Part shown: positions 12,600 to 24,386 of the stretch, in pieces | Layout of the letters: each line of letters opens with the position of its first letter | Position numbering within the stretch: position 1 is the first letter of the stretch | DNA from: Lama glama | Taxonomy: Eukaryota | Assembly (NCBI GenBank): GCA_028534125.1 | Contig: CM052817.1 | Location: forward strand, 107,820,001 to 107,884,000 | Direction: 5' to 3' | DNA: 64,000 nt | Made by a program: the position numbers and the translations under genes | Notes under the pieces: model-generated | The model's input: the letters and a program-made list of their open reading frames with translations, nothing else | Database searches by the model: none | Told to the model about the DNA's origin: nothing

Positions 12600-14620
12600 A
12601 CAGGATTAATAAAGGGGGCACGATCCTCCCATTGTCAAAAAATAGAAAACCTGACAAAACGTGGAGTAATTATTTGCAGACATGGGAAAATCAGCAATGC
12701 AGTTATGAGGTCCTTAAGAGAAAGGAAACTCATGAGCTCAGTCTTAACACTGCCTTAGGTTGCCGGCTAGAGGCAGTTTTTCTACTGACACAGACAAAGG
12801 GAGTCCAAACACAGCCCGCACTTCTCATGAGCTGTATGAAAGGTAGAACAGAGCGCGGGGAGGCTGAGCAGTTAGGATTGGTGGGGCAGAGAGAGCTGCC
12901 AACAGAAGGATTTCCAGGCATTGGCATGGCCAGGTCTGTTGAGTTTTTGAGTACCAATCTATGCACATGTGTAGGGTGCAACCTCAAAAAATAGTTCCAG
13001 AGACAGATTACCAGAGACCGTTAAAGAGAAAATTGTCCTGAGATCTTATATGACTGAGAGTCTTTCCTGTTTCTACCAGCCAGAGTGGAAAGGCATCACT
13101 GGGTACATGGAAGATTTTAGCACAGACCCCCAAAAGATCTGCCTTATTGGGGCTGAACAAGTCAAAAGGACTATTGTAGATCTTCCCTTTAAAAATATTT
13201 TAAATAATCAGTTCAAAGAGAAAGCAATAGTAACATGTTGACTATAAGCCCAGTGATGTCAGATCATACGTGAAGTCTGACTGGAATGAATACTCCAATT
13301 AAAGGGGAAAAAAACAAACAGCAGCAAAAAATTAACTTCTAAGAGACAAAAACAGATCTGTTAAGACATTTTATTGCCCACCAGAGCAAAGTCCCAAACC
13401 GTTTGAAAGAATAAACACAATCTACCATTTGGTAGCATAACATTTACAAGGGAAAACATGTTATCCATAAATTACTAGACTTTTAATGGAGGAAGAAAAT
13501 GTGGCCCAAAATTATAAGAAGATATTCAATTTATAGAAACAGACAAAGAAATGACAGAGATGATGTAATTTGTAATGAATGACATTAAAACTGTTGTTGT
13601 GAATATTCAATTTGCTCAAAGGCATATAGAAAAAAACAGTGAGGAGAGGAAACACAAATACAGAAAAGAAACAAACAGAATTTTTGAGTCAAAAGTCACC
13701 ATCTGAAGTAAAAATTTGAGTGGCTGAAATTAACTGCTAATTGAAGACCGTGGAGGGGAAAAAGATTCTTAAACTCAAAGACAGCAATAAAAACCATCCA
13801 AAATGAAGAGAACAGGGTAAAATAAAGACTAAGAATAGATTAACAGAGCCTTAGCACCTTCTGGGAAAACATAAAACAATCTAATAAAAATGTAATACAA
13901 GGAAAAGTTACAGGAAAAAATTACTTGAAGAAATGATAAACAATTTCCAAATTTGCTGAAAACTGTGAACCTACTGATGCAAAACATAATGAATTACAAG
14001 CAATATAAATATAAATCGAACAATACCAAGGCCTATTAAAATCAACTTGCGTGTACAAATGAGGCAGAGAAATCTTAAAGTCAGCTGGAGGAAAATGATA
14101 TATTAGTGTAGAGAAATGCATGTAAATATAACGGATTTCCCATCAGGGACTATGCAACCCAAAAAACAGGGAGATGGGTCTTTAAAGTAATAAAAAAAAA
14201 TCCTAAAAAAGGTGTCAATTTAATAATATGAAGTGAAAATATCTTTCCAAAAATTAAGGAGAAATAAAGACTTTTTCAGAGAAAATTTTCAGAGAAATCA
14301 AAGCTGAAAGAAATCATTATTAACATATCTTCACTACAAGGAATTCTAAAGCAAGATCTTCAGTCACAAAGAATATGGTACCGGATAGAAATTTGGATCT
14401 ACACAAAGAAATGTAGCACTCCAAAAATAGTTGAAACAAAGATGAATATGAAAGGCATTTTTAATTATTTTTATATGCTCATAAAGATCGATTTTTCAAA
14501 AGCAAAAAAAAGTAGCCATGCATTTTGAGCTTATACCATGCATAAAAGTGGAATTTATAACTAAAATAACATAAAATGCAGAAGAAACCACATTGTTATA
14601 CTATTTCGAATGGCTCACAT
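12600..14620 (+). mobile_element. Old L1M element: 5' region and decayed ORF1
   Basis: A-rich sense strand with ORF1-type motifs (gaaatgacagagatgatg; gtgaaaatatctttc...gaaataaagactttttcagagaaa; cactacaaggaattctaaagcaagatcttcag). No intact frame. Confidence 0.7.
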
Positions 14621-14639
14621 TTTAAGGTAATGACTTGAA

Positions 14640-14842
14640 AATACATCAAAGATGATGGAATGTGTGATATTTCCCGTATAGGGTTACGTGGTGATAATGC
14701 AGAAGGTTGCAGAGGCCAAAGATCAGTTTAAGCCACACCTCCTGGACTTTTGACTTTCAGAAACTACAAGAAAATAAATGAATGTTATTTCAACTGCTGA
14801 ATTTGTAGTCATGTTGTTACACAGTGATAGGTAACTAATGCA
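14640..14842 (+). mobile_element. MLT1-like MaLR LTR 3' portion
   Basis: ggacttttgactttcagaaactacaagaaaataaat...tttgtagtcatgttgttacacagtgataggtaactaatgca. Confidence 0.6.
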
Positions 14843-14899
14843 GATTTGGGAACAAGGAGCAAGTAAGTTACAGATCACCCCCACTGTCACCTGGAGCTG

Positions 14900-15410
14900 T
14901 CAGACCTTGTTGATGAGCATGGAAAATGGTACAACCATTATGGGAAACATTCTATTCTTAGTATAAATGTGGAAAGATATACTGCACAGTCTTGCACACG
15001 ACCAGACGTCCATTAGCAACTGATTGATGGATAAATAAATATGGCGTATCTTGTGGAACACTGCACACAAGAACATGGAGTGGGCTACCAACACACGAGA
15101 TAAAAGCGTTACACTGAATGAAAGAAGCCAGTCACAAAATGTGTGACTCCATTTATGAAAGGCTCTAGAAAAAGAGGTTAATCTTTTGTACCAGAAAACA
15201 GTTCTGCGGTTGCCTGGATCCTGGAGTGGAAATTTAGTCTACAAAGGAACAAAAGAAAACATTTTGAAGTGATAAAATATTCTATTATCTCGATGGCTGC
15301 AGTGGTGAAACTACTATAATCATTTTTAAAATTGATCAAACTCTCCACTAAAAATAGATGCATTTCATACATGGAAATTGTACATCAATAAATTTAATAT
15401 TAAAAAGAAG
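14900..15410 (+). mobile_element. Old L1 (L1ME/MC-like) 3' end
   Basis: gatggataaataaatatggc...ctgaatgaaagaagccagtcacaaa...gcatttcatacatggaaattgtacatcaataaa plus an A-rich end. Confidence 0.7.
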
Positions 15411-16994
15411 GGAAAACTAGATGAAAGTCAGAAGGCTTCTGTGATAGGTTTTGAGTTGCCACTTCCTCTTAGAAAAACCTTGGAAAATTTCTCAAACACT
15501 AATCCTTGTCAACAGAATGAGGGTAGGAAGGATTTTCTCACCTAGCACTTAAGATAAATTAATTGGCATTATAAAGGTAATTTAAATTGTCAAGTCTTGT
15601 AAAAATCTAGTTTTTGTTATTTCTTCCTCCATTTTCCTGGCCCTCAAATCACTCTTACAGCTTCTGAACTGAGTCAAGAATGTATTCTATTAGAGAAAAA
15701 GCAAATCTGGTTTCTCTATATTTCTGGACATCCTCCAAACCAGGTTTACATATACAAACAAACTTGTGAAATTTGAGATACATAATAAGCAGATGTACGT
15801 TTTGAGAATCAGAAACATGGACTTTGAAGTCAGTTGATTTATTCAGCTTTTGAATTCTTTCACTTACATGCTGCTGTGATTTACACTGGCGTTAGCAGAA
15901 AGAGAATTTTTAGCAGTACACGTGAGTATTTTTCTCTTTTACTTCACAATAAAAGAATTGGTAATTAATCAATTCAAAAATGAGATACAAACATCATGTT
16001 TAGAGTTGCTGAAATAAACAATAGAACTGTAGCCACAGCAGGCATGATGCAAAATGTGATCAGAGGCAAGTACGGACCTATTTCTATTGCTTTGCTTCAC
16101 TTTGTTTCGAGCTTGGTAAGTGTGTCGTGTGCACATCGTGATGTGAAGCTGAGGAAGAAAGCATCAGCAGAACTTTGTGGAAGGCAGGGATTGGATGTAG
16201 GATAGTGGCTGGGTTCTCAGCAAACAGCCCTCATTGTCCTGTTACCCAAGGTGAGCCTCATACATCGTTTGGAAAGGGTCCCAGTAGCTGTCTTATAGTT
16301 GAAGAGGGTCACATTTGGTCAAGGGTCTCAGGACTTCTATTAAGTTCCCGGATGTCTTGGCAATAGCCTTCACACAACCACAGCTGTTGCTAACCTTCAC
16401 CTAATTTTATGAGTCTTGACATTGGGATGAAATAGTATCCATGGACCCTAAACTGCTTCCTTTGTTCCGTCAGGTATAAGTGCACTGTCTCTTCTCTGCC
16501 AGGTCTGCATTTGATGGCTTCCAGGAACCACTGTCTGAGAATGAGATCATCCCTGAACAGCCACCGCCAGAGGAAGGTGAGAGACTTACGGTAGCCTGAT
16601 AGCTATTCTTTCCTGTTCTGTGTTAGGGTTACACGGGGAATGTCTGCAGCTCTAAATGTATGTCTAGTGAAATGAAGTTCATGGACCTTTTCTCTTTCCT
16701 CCAGTGACCCCTAATTAGGATTTTGCTGGAAATCGATCAATCCAAAAATAAATATGGAACTCTAAACACATTACATCATCAATATTACAGAAAAGAAATT
16801 GTGATTATAGAGACAAGAAAAGTAAAACTTGTGGTTTGGGGTTCCAGATAATGACTATTTCTCAGCGTTTCCTGAAACCAACAAACAGCACTTCAAGAGC
16901 TCAGAGAGTCTGTGGGACTGAGTATCTTCCACCTGTGGCCCTACACTTTACCCATTCCTCTGTCAGTATTGCACACACCAAGTCTTCTTGATGA

Positions 16995-17097
16995 GGGGGG
17001 AGGGTATAGCTCAGTGGTGGAGCGCGTGCTTAGCATGTGTGAAATCCTGGGTTCAATCCACAGTGCCTTCACTTAAAAATATATATATATTTTTAAA
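16995..17097 (+). mobile_element. Vic-1-type SINE with a 28-bp flanking direct repeat
   Basis: ggggagggtatagctcagtggtggagcgcgtgcttagcatg...cctgggttcaatcc; repeats at 16967-16994 and 17098-17125. Confidence 0.93.
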
Positions 17098-17681
17098 TAC
17101 TGCACATACCAAGTCTTCTTGATGAAAAATGTCCTACTAGAGAATAGTTTGAAGTTTCATCACAAAGGAAGCCATGATAAAATTTGTGTGGAGAAATTTC
17201 CTTGAAAGTTAGTTGTATGAGATTGGTGGGCAGCATAGTATAGTAAAAGCAAAAACCTGGAGCAAAGGGAAAAACACAGCTTCTAGTTTTAAGTCTCCAT
17301 TAACTGGCTTATTGACATTTGGTTTGGATTGACTTCTCCCCAACAAGATGCAGGGATGATCTGTAACAGCTTTGAAGCCTGTATCACAGGAGTTTGTAAA
17401 TGACAAATCCCATGTCTGTAAATCTACCTGAAGATATACACACACACACACATATTTATATATCTCAAGGGTTCCTAAAAGTAAATGTTAATAAAAATAA
17501 ACCATGTCAAATCTAAGCCTTATTGATACCTTTTTTGGTAAATGACACTACCATCCATGTCGTCATCCATTCAAATCCAACCATGCCTACCATACCAGAT
17601 GGTATGGGGATCCTGCCTAATCCCGTACCCACTTTTAAAATCCACTTTAATTGTATTTTGGCAAAGCCACAGTGAGAATCT

Positions 17682-18147
17682 TAAAACCGAGTAGGACCCT
17701 GTGAGGCCTTCCCAGGACAGACCCCTCTCCCCCATGTCCTCTGCTGTAGTACCCAGAAATAGTATCGCATGTCTATTTCCTAAGTGTTACAGATGCTAAA
17801 ATCCACCACCAAAGGGAAGAAACTAGCTACTTGATGATGGAGAGCATGTGGCTCCCAGACCTTCCAGCGCCTAGGGGTTGATAGCGTTGACCCCACTGTT
17901 ACTTCATCCTCAACCAATCAGAGGATTGTGCACGAGCTGATCATGGACCCCGCCACACCCTCTCCCTCACCTGCCTTTAAATATACTTTGCTGAAATCCT
18001 TCAGGGAGTTTGGGGTTTTCTTGGGCATAAGCCACCCTGTTCTCCTTGCTGGGCCTTGTGATAAACTTTTCTCTGCTCCAAACTCTGACATTTTTGGTTT
18101 CTTTGGCCTCAGGGTGCATTGGGCACACAAACTTGGGTTCAGTGAAA
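17682..18147 (+). mobile_element. Solo ERV1-class LTR
   Basis: aaaccgagtaggaccc start, CCAAT (aaccaatca) near 17913, tttaaata box near 17976, gataaa poly(A)-like signal, gggttcagtgaaa end; atct TSD at 17678-17681 and 18148-18151. Confidence 0.75.
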
Positions 18148-19245
18148 ATCTGACAGGCCAGCACATGGAGTTAGGCAACACTGTCTTCCTTCAAGTTCCT
18201 CAAGCTATTCCAGCTCAACTATTATTTTCAATTTTCTAGCTTATTAGCTGACATAAAGAGTAAGTTACAAGCTGAACCCATTCATTAATGTATTTGGAAC
18301 ACAAAGGCTACTGAAAAAAATGTGAACATGGTACACTTTGGGTTTCAGACATGTGTGATGGAATGGGGTCACCTAACACAACCTGAATTGAAGGGAGAAA
18401 CAGGAGGATCAGTGAAAGTTAACTTGAGTAAGTAGGAACTTTGGTGACATGTGTTCTAGTGAGAGATAGGGCCAGGAGGTTCAAGGAACTGGAGTCTCAG
18501 ATTTAATGTGGCACATGCTTAACATGTTCTCAACTCACCCAGCCTCCACACTTCTGCAGGAGGCAGAGTGTGTGCCAAATAGAACACAGTGTCCCACGAT
18601 GTTGAAGGGAGGTGCAGCAAGTGACAGAAGCTTGGGTTTAATTGGGATGCTCTCATCCTGGAGTCTCAAGAAGGAAATGGTCCCTACTTAAGACTCTAAA
18701 TTGACAGGTTACATTGAATTTACATATTTAGTCACCTTTCTCTTGATGAACCTCCCTCCAGATTTGCGTTGACTATATTGAAAACACTCCTTTCTGGGAA
18801 CCAACAGAATCCCACACCTTTGTGCTTACAGGAGAGTGAAGCCAAGGACATAGTGATTGCACTTAAGTGTCTCTTGAATAATTGTTCTCATTTCTATCTC
18901 TACACTTAACTCAGATGGATTTTTGTCCAAAAGGCTCTGAACTGATACAATGTCCTTCAAGGTTGTCCATTCCAAACCATTCTTGACTCTGCTGTCAGAG
19001 TTCTTTACAACTTGAAAATCTGATCAATTTACTTTTGTACTTTAATTTCTTCAGTGGCCCTCCCAGACTTATGAAATGAAACTGAATCTCTTTCTAAAAG
19101 CTGTAAAAATCTGTCTAGTCATGACTCTTGCAATTCTTTCTCATGAATTTCACATAATATATATTTTTTGAATAAGAATATATATGTAGGTGTATATATA
19201 ATATATATGAATGTATACACACATTATTATACATACACAGTTATT

Positions 19246-20560
19246 TTACAAATACATTCTGAGTAGCTGTTGTATTTTTCTTTGAAGGAACTTACATTTC
19301 CAAGGGCAAGGATGGATAATAAACAAATCCTTCCCTAAAAAAAAACACAAATTAATAAAGTAAATAGATAGTGATAAGTTCTGAAGAAAATCAAAGAGGG
19401 TATGGAATACAGTGACTAAATGTGGAGAGGGGATAAGGGCTACTTCAGATAGAAAGCTGAGGGGAGGCCATCCAGGGAAAGTTCTATCTAGGGTGAGATT
19501 TGAAGTGGTCCATTTATAGAAACAGCTGGGGTAAGAGAAAGTCCCAAGGGAGAGGAACCAAAGGTAACCCCCTCCCAAAAGAGCCAAGGCCAGAGTAGCT
19601 GGAACATAGTTGGGGGAGGGTGGACAGGACTGGTTTAAAGTAAAATTGGGAAAGTCAACAGGACCAGATAGTGTATAATAATCACTATTCTATTAGCAAG
19701 AAGATCAATAATAACAACAATAATAACGTACAATGTACCAAACATTATTCCAAACAAACGTTAGCTCATTTATTTCTAATACTATCTCCATGACAAAGGT
19801 ACTATTATTAATCACTATTTTACAAATTAGGGCACTGAACAAGGAGGAAATGAGTGGCTTGTCCAAGATCATACAGAAAAATTTATGACTAGTAAATGGC
19901 AGAATCCATTACAAATGCAAGCAATCTGGCTCTAGAATCCAATCATCATTTCTGTAGTATAAGGAGGAATTTGTCAGACTGAAAAAGTATTTTAATTGCT
20001 TCTAAGTGTGATGAGAAACTAATGCAAAGTATTAAGCAAGGAAGGTAAGATTTATCGTTTAAAAAGTTTCCTCTCGACTCTCTGTGTGTTTGTTGGAGAA
20101 GGGGTACTTACAAAAAAGGGGCAAAAAATATCAGTTAAAGTACAAATGCAGTCATCTAGCCAAGAGAGGACTGTGATTTGGACAAAGTAGTAGCAGGTGA
20201 GCTAATGAGAATTCAACCAATTCCAATGGATCTTCAAGGTGGAAACAAAAGATTTGTTCATCAGTGACAAGTAGAGATTATGAAAAAGGACTATCAAGGA
20301 AGACTTCATTCTGGCTCATTGAATGTGTAGATGGTGGTTCCATTAGTGTCCGATGGGAGGGAGGAAGATGGGAAGAGTAGAACATTGACGATTTTTGCTT
20401 GGGGAATGTTAAACCTGGATTGTGTATTGGATATCCAAGTGGAGAGATTCAGGAGACAGTGGAAAATATTTGGTGCTCAGGGCGAAGCTGGGAATGAAGA
20501 TATAAATTTGGGCATTATCATTATATGGTTAACACATAAAGCAAAATGAGTTCGTCACCT
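19246..20560 (-). mobile_element. L2 LINE fragments interrupted by a MIR (about 19730-19940)
   Basis: Antisense L2 motifs (ggaacttacatttcca; gatggtggttccatta; gatatccaagtggagag; gatataaatttgggcattatca) and a MIR core (tattttacaaattagggcactga). Confidence 0.65.
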
Positions 20561-20786
20561 TGAAGAAGAACACGGTTGTCATTATGATTTACTTGTTACA
20601 TCCCAAATATTTCTTGATCTCTCATGACTTTAAATCTTTGCAGCCAGTTAGGTAATAATTTTCTCTGAAAAAAAAATACATCTAATCTTTCATATCTCCC
20701 CTCAAGCCCTCCATCTCTAGTAAAGCTTTTCCTGATTACTCATGAAGAGTTAGGGACTGAAGAGAACATTTATTCTGTCTTTACTT

Positions 20787-20830
20787 CCATCCATCCACCC
20801 ATCCGTACATCCATCCATCCATCCATCCAT
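20787..20830. repeat. (CCAT)n microsatellite at an L2 3' tail
   Basis: ccatccatccacccatccgtacatccatccatccatccatccattcaaca. Confidence 0.8.
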
Positions 20831-21722
20831 TCAACAGAATTATGTTAGGTTATGTTAGCTAACCTGTGTTGGAGAGTTTGATAAACATGTGGGGATGCCA
20901 TAATAAATACAAAGTACTAAGTCCCTGTCTTTTGGAATTCTGTTATCTGCATACATTTTTTAAAACCATATTTATCAAACTTTGATCTGAAACATAAAGG
21001 TTCATTAAAATAACTTAATAGAGCAGCATGAAGAAAAGTAATAGAAAAAATAAAATAGAACATATCCAAGTATATCTCACATAACAATAAAAATATTGCT
21101 TTGTGAATCATTTTTTCCCTCTGACATATGTATCTACTAGACTGAAATATAATGTGCATTTTTTTTATTATGGCAAATTTGCAACATTCTTTCAAAAGTT
21201 TGAAGGACACTGTACTAAACTTGCTTATCTGTTTCACTCTTCATTTGACTTAACTATGGGGGAAGGATCCAGATCTTTTATGAATCTTTTTACAGTTGAA
21301 TCCTTGGAACATAACTCATAGTGTAGATCAGGTAGGCACTAGCATTTGTGGATAAGACAGTGGGAAGGAGAGAAGTGATAGAAAGTGGGGCATCTGAAGG
21401 AGGCTGCACAAATGTATCAGTGAAAGTCGGCTTCTGCAGTCAGGAGTGGGTAGCCAAGCACTGAGGGAAGGCACTGCAGAGTAGCTCCAGAACTAACTGT
21501 ATCATAGCAACCAATTCTACCACAGTGTGAACGAGCACCAGGATCTCAAATTAAATGAAAGGCATTTTAATATCCTGTCCTGCATTGGTTGTTATCAAAG
21601 ACTGCATTTTTGTTTAACATCAACTCCATTTCTGTTTTGAAAAATAAATAAATATTAAATAGGTGTTTCCTTGCCTTATATCTAATTAATTGATATGAAA
21701 TTATCCTCTGGGCCCATGTGAT

Positions 21723-22154
21723 TGTAATAGAAAAGAACAAATCTGACTCAATATTAAATCTGTTCCTTTGGCTTTAACCACTGTTCCCTGTTTCCTAGGC
21801 TTAGCTCTGCTAGCTCTGCACTCACGTAAAGACAACAAGTTGCAGAATTGAGAATAACATTTGTTTGTTGGATGTTTTGCAGGAGCACCATGAGCTGGCT
21901 CACGTGGACAGCTGCAGGAACAAAGAATTCCTACACCAAGAAGTTTGCAACAACCAACCACACTCTCTCCCCTGTTTTTTTTGTATAAAAGGAGCCTGTA
22001 TTCTGATCAGAGGATGGTTCTCCAAGACATTAGTCTGCCATCCTCTTGGTCTGGTGGCTTTCCAAATTAAGTCACTATTCCTTGCCCCAACACCTCATCT
22101 CCCGATTTATTGGTCAGTTGTGTGGTGAACAGAATGAGTCTGGACTCAGTAGCA
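21723..22154 (+). mobile_element. Solo ERV1 LTR, MER41-like (cetartiodactyl type)
   Basis: TG...CA termini, perfect 4-bp TSD TGAT (21719-21722, 22155-22158), TATAAAA near 21984, ATTAAG poly(A)-signal remnant; the 5' text gaacaaatctgactc resembles MER41-family LTRs as I recall them. Confidence 0.8.
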
Positions 22155-24070
22155 TGATCTCTGATTTGTAGCTAACTTCTACTTCCTTGGTAATAATTAA
22201 TATTCTTAGGATAAAGAAGTCTACCTGTACATGAAATGCTTGACCTCAGAAACTGGAAAAGAGTTCAAACTCTGGTGACTTTATGACAAGGACATTTCAT
22301 TGTGAGGAAGAAGAGTAAGAACTTTTACCTGGATTTAGTCCTTGTTTTCAATTCTTTCATTAAATCCAAATTTGAAGTAAGAGGCTATAAATATACATTT
22401 TTAAAATTTAATCTTTTTCTACATACAATATTTATTTCCTATGTCCTTTGAACCGGAACAGTATTTGTTCATGTATGCTTAAATTTAAAAGGCCACCTTG
22501 ACCACAATCTGAAGACGTAGAGGTCTATCTGGTTTTGTCTACTGATTATTTTCTTAAGAACCTTTATAGCAAAGTGTACTTATGATTTTCACTATTTTTT
22601 TTTAATAATAGCCATGGAGACATTGCTAGCTGTAAGATTTTTGGGCTTCAATGAACTAAGATATATATGAATTTGGGGATTTAAAGGGATTCTGAGATCC
22701 TAATATAACTATATATCTAACACAGAAGAAAGAGTTCACTAAAATGATTTTAGGATAATTGTCTGTCTAGGTACAGTCTCTGGTCAAGCCACTGTTCTCT
22801 TAGAAAATCGAATATACTAGTAGTATTGGCTAATCTTTTTTTGTCCTTTCTAAATATCATTTCAGTTTCATTTTGTAGATTTTCTTTTTCACCTTTGGAC
22901 ATATTTTTATGGCACTGTAATCTGAAAGTTACATCCCTTAAGCTAGGCAATGAGACTCCCTCTAGGGAATATTAATTATGAGAATAAATAGACTGAAAAA
23001 GATAGATGTTCATCCATTCCAAAGGTTACATGCTAACCAGACACTTCTTGCTATAAAAGCTTTCCCATAATTTTTGCATTCTTGTCTTGGGGTGTGGGTC
23101 TTGGGTTCTATACATTTCTAAGTCTGATGCTTTAGTTTACTCTGCTGATTCCTGGGCTCCCAATGTGGTTTCCAGTAGATATACTGTTGCATAAATTAGC
23201 CAGAATGATGTCTCCCACTTACAAGAGTCATAACTGTTAAAAAATGTTACTGTGTCTTAAGGGTGTAAATCCCTTTGAGATTCAAGGCTTGACGGAATGC
23301 AGATGGAGTTCCTTAGTGCTAACAGTTGGAGCAGAACCTTCTTCCTTGAGGAGTGCTAGAATTCAAGACGTGGAGAGACTAATATGTAAGCAGGAAAGGC
23401 CAGAGAATGCAAGATGGTAGTTCAGAGTCATCGTATTAAATGGGGCCACAGGTAGATGTCAAAGCCTCGAGGGTGGTGGTGAGAATTTAGGTCCAAGAAG
23501 AGTTGGGGCCAAAAGCATGGGCATGGAGGGGAGGGAAAGGTGACACAGGAATCTAGGAATATAAATTAGAGGTTTTCTGGGATTGCCTCCTGTGGTCTAT
23601 GATCTGAGTGTAGGAGTCAGGAGAGCTTTGCCCATCTTAAAGTATTTGGGAATATAACCAAGAAGGATCCTATTGTCATCAGTGACCATCTGGTATCTGC
23701 AGTGGTGTTTGTAACTGCATAACTGCATAATGGCTTGAAGAGTTTTTCTCCTGCTCCTGCTGCCCAGGGTTGGACTGGAGAGGAGGGAGGCTTGGGTGAT
23801 CTGCCCAACCCCCTGTGTGCAGGGGTCATGCTCAGTGCCCTGCTTTTGACCCCAATACTCTGCTCTTGACTTCAGTGCTCTGCTCTTGACCCCTTATGGT
23901 TTCCTTGGATCCTGTTGTTTGAGCTGCAGCCCTCAGCCTGCAGCAGGAGGTCCCAGGCCTCAGCCTGGTCAAAAGGCTAAAAGCATTCATCCACCTGACT
24001 TTAAACTGTGCAAGTTTTTCCCTAGAGCTCTTTTCCATGGAGCCTGTTCCTAGGCACCCTTTGATCCAGG

Positions 24071-24386
24071 TACAAGAATATTGAGAGAATCCCAAAGCCA
24101 AAGATGAACTTCATATACAGCACAGCAAAGGGGATGCTGCATCTGCAAAAACAGGAACAACTTTGCAACAATTTGTTACCCCATATGTGATTTCTATGGA
24201 AACCAGTTCCACCCTTAAACACTTGAACTTTTACTATAAAACCCAGCAGGCTCAGACTTAGAGGCATTAGCCCACTGGGACCTCCTTTGCCTGCAAAGAA
24301 ATAAGCTACCTTTTCTACTTCATCCAAAACTCTGTCCTCCAATCTCCATTTGATAAGCAAGGTGCAGAGGCCAAGTTTCAGTGACA
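24071..24386 (+). mobile_element. Short solo ERV1-class LTR
   Basis: TATAAAA near 24235, aaataagct poly(A) region, ends agtttcagtgaca; cagg/caga is a possible TSD. The 5' boundary is uncertain. Confidence 0.65.

Noticed and set aside
12575..12994. 139-aa ORF
   Set aside because: Falls in a decayed L1M 5' region; no recognisable domain.
17590..17607. Short hairpin CCATACCA-GA-TGGTATGG, and a similar 8-bp stem at about 55543-55573
   Set aside because: Stems of 8 bp are expected by chance in 64 kb.
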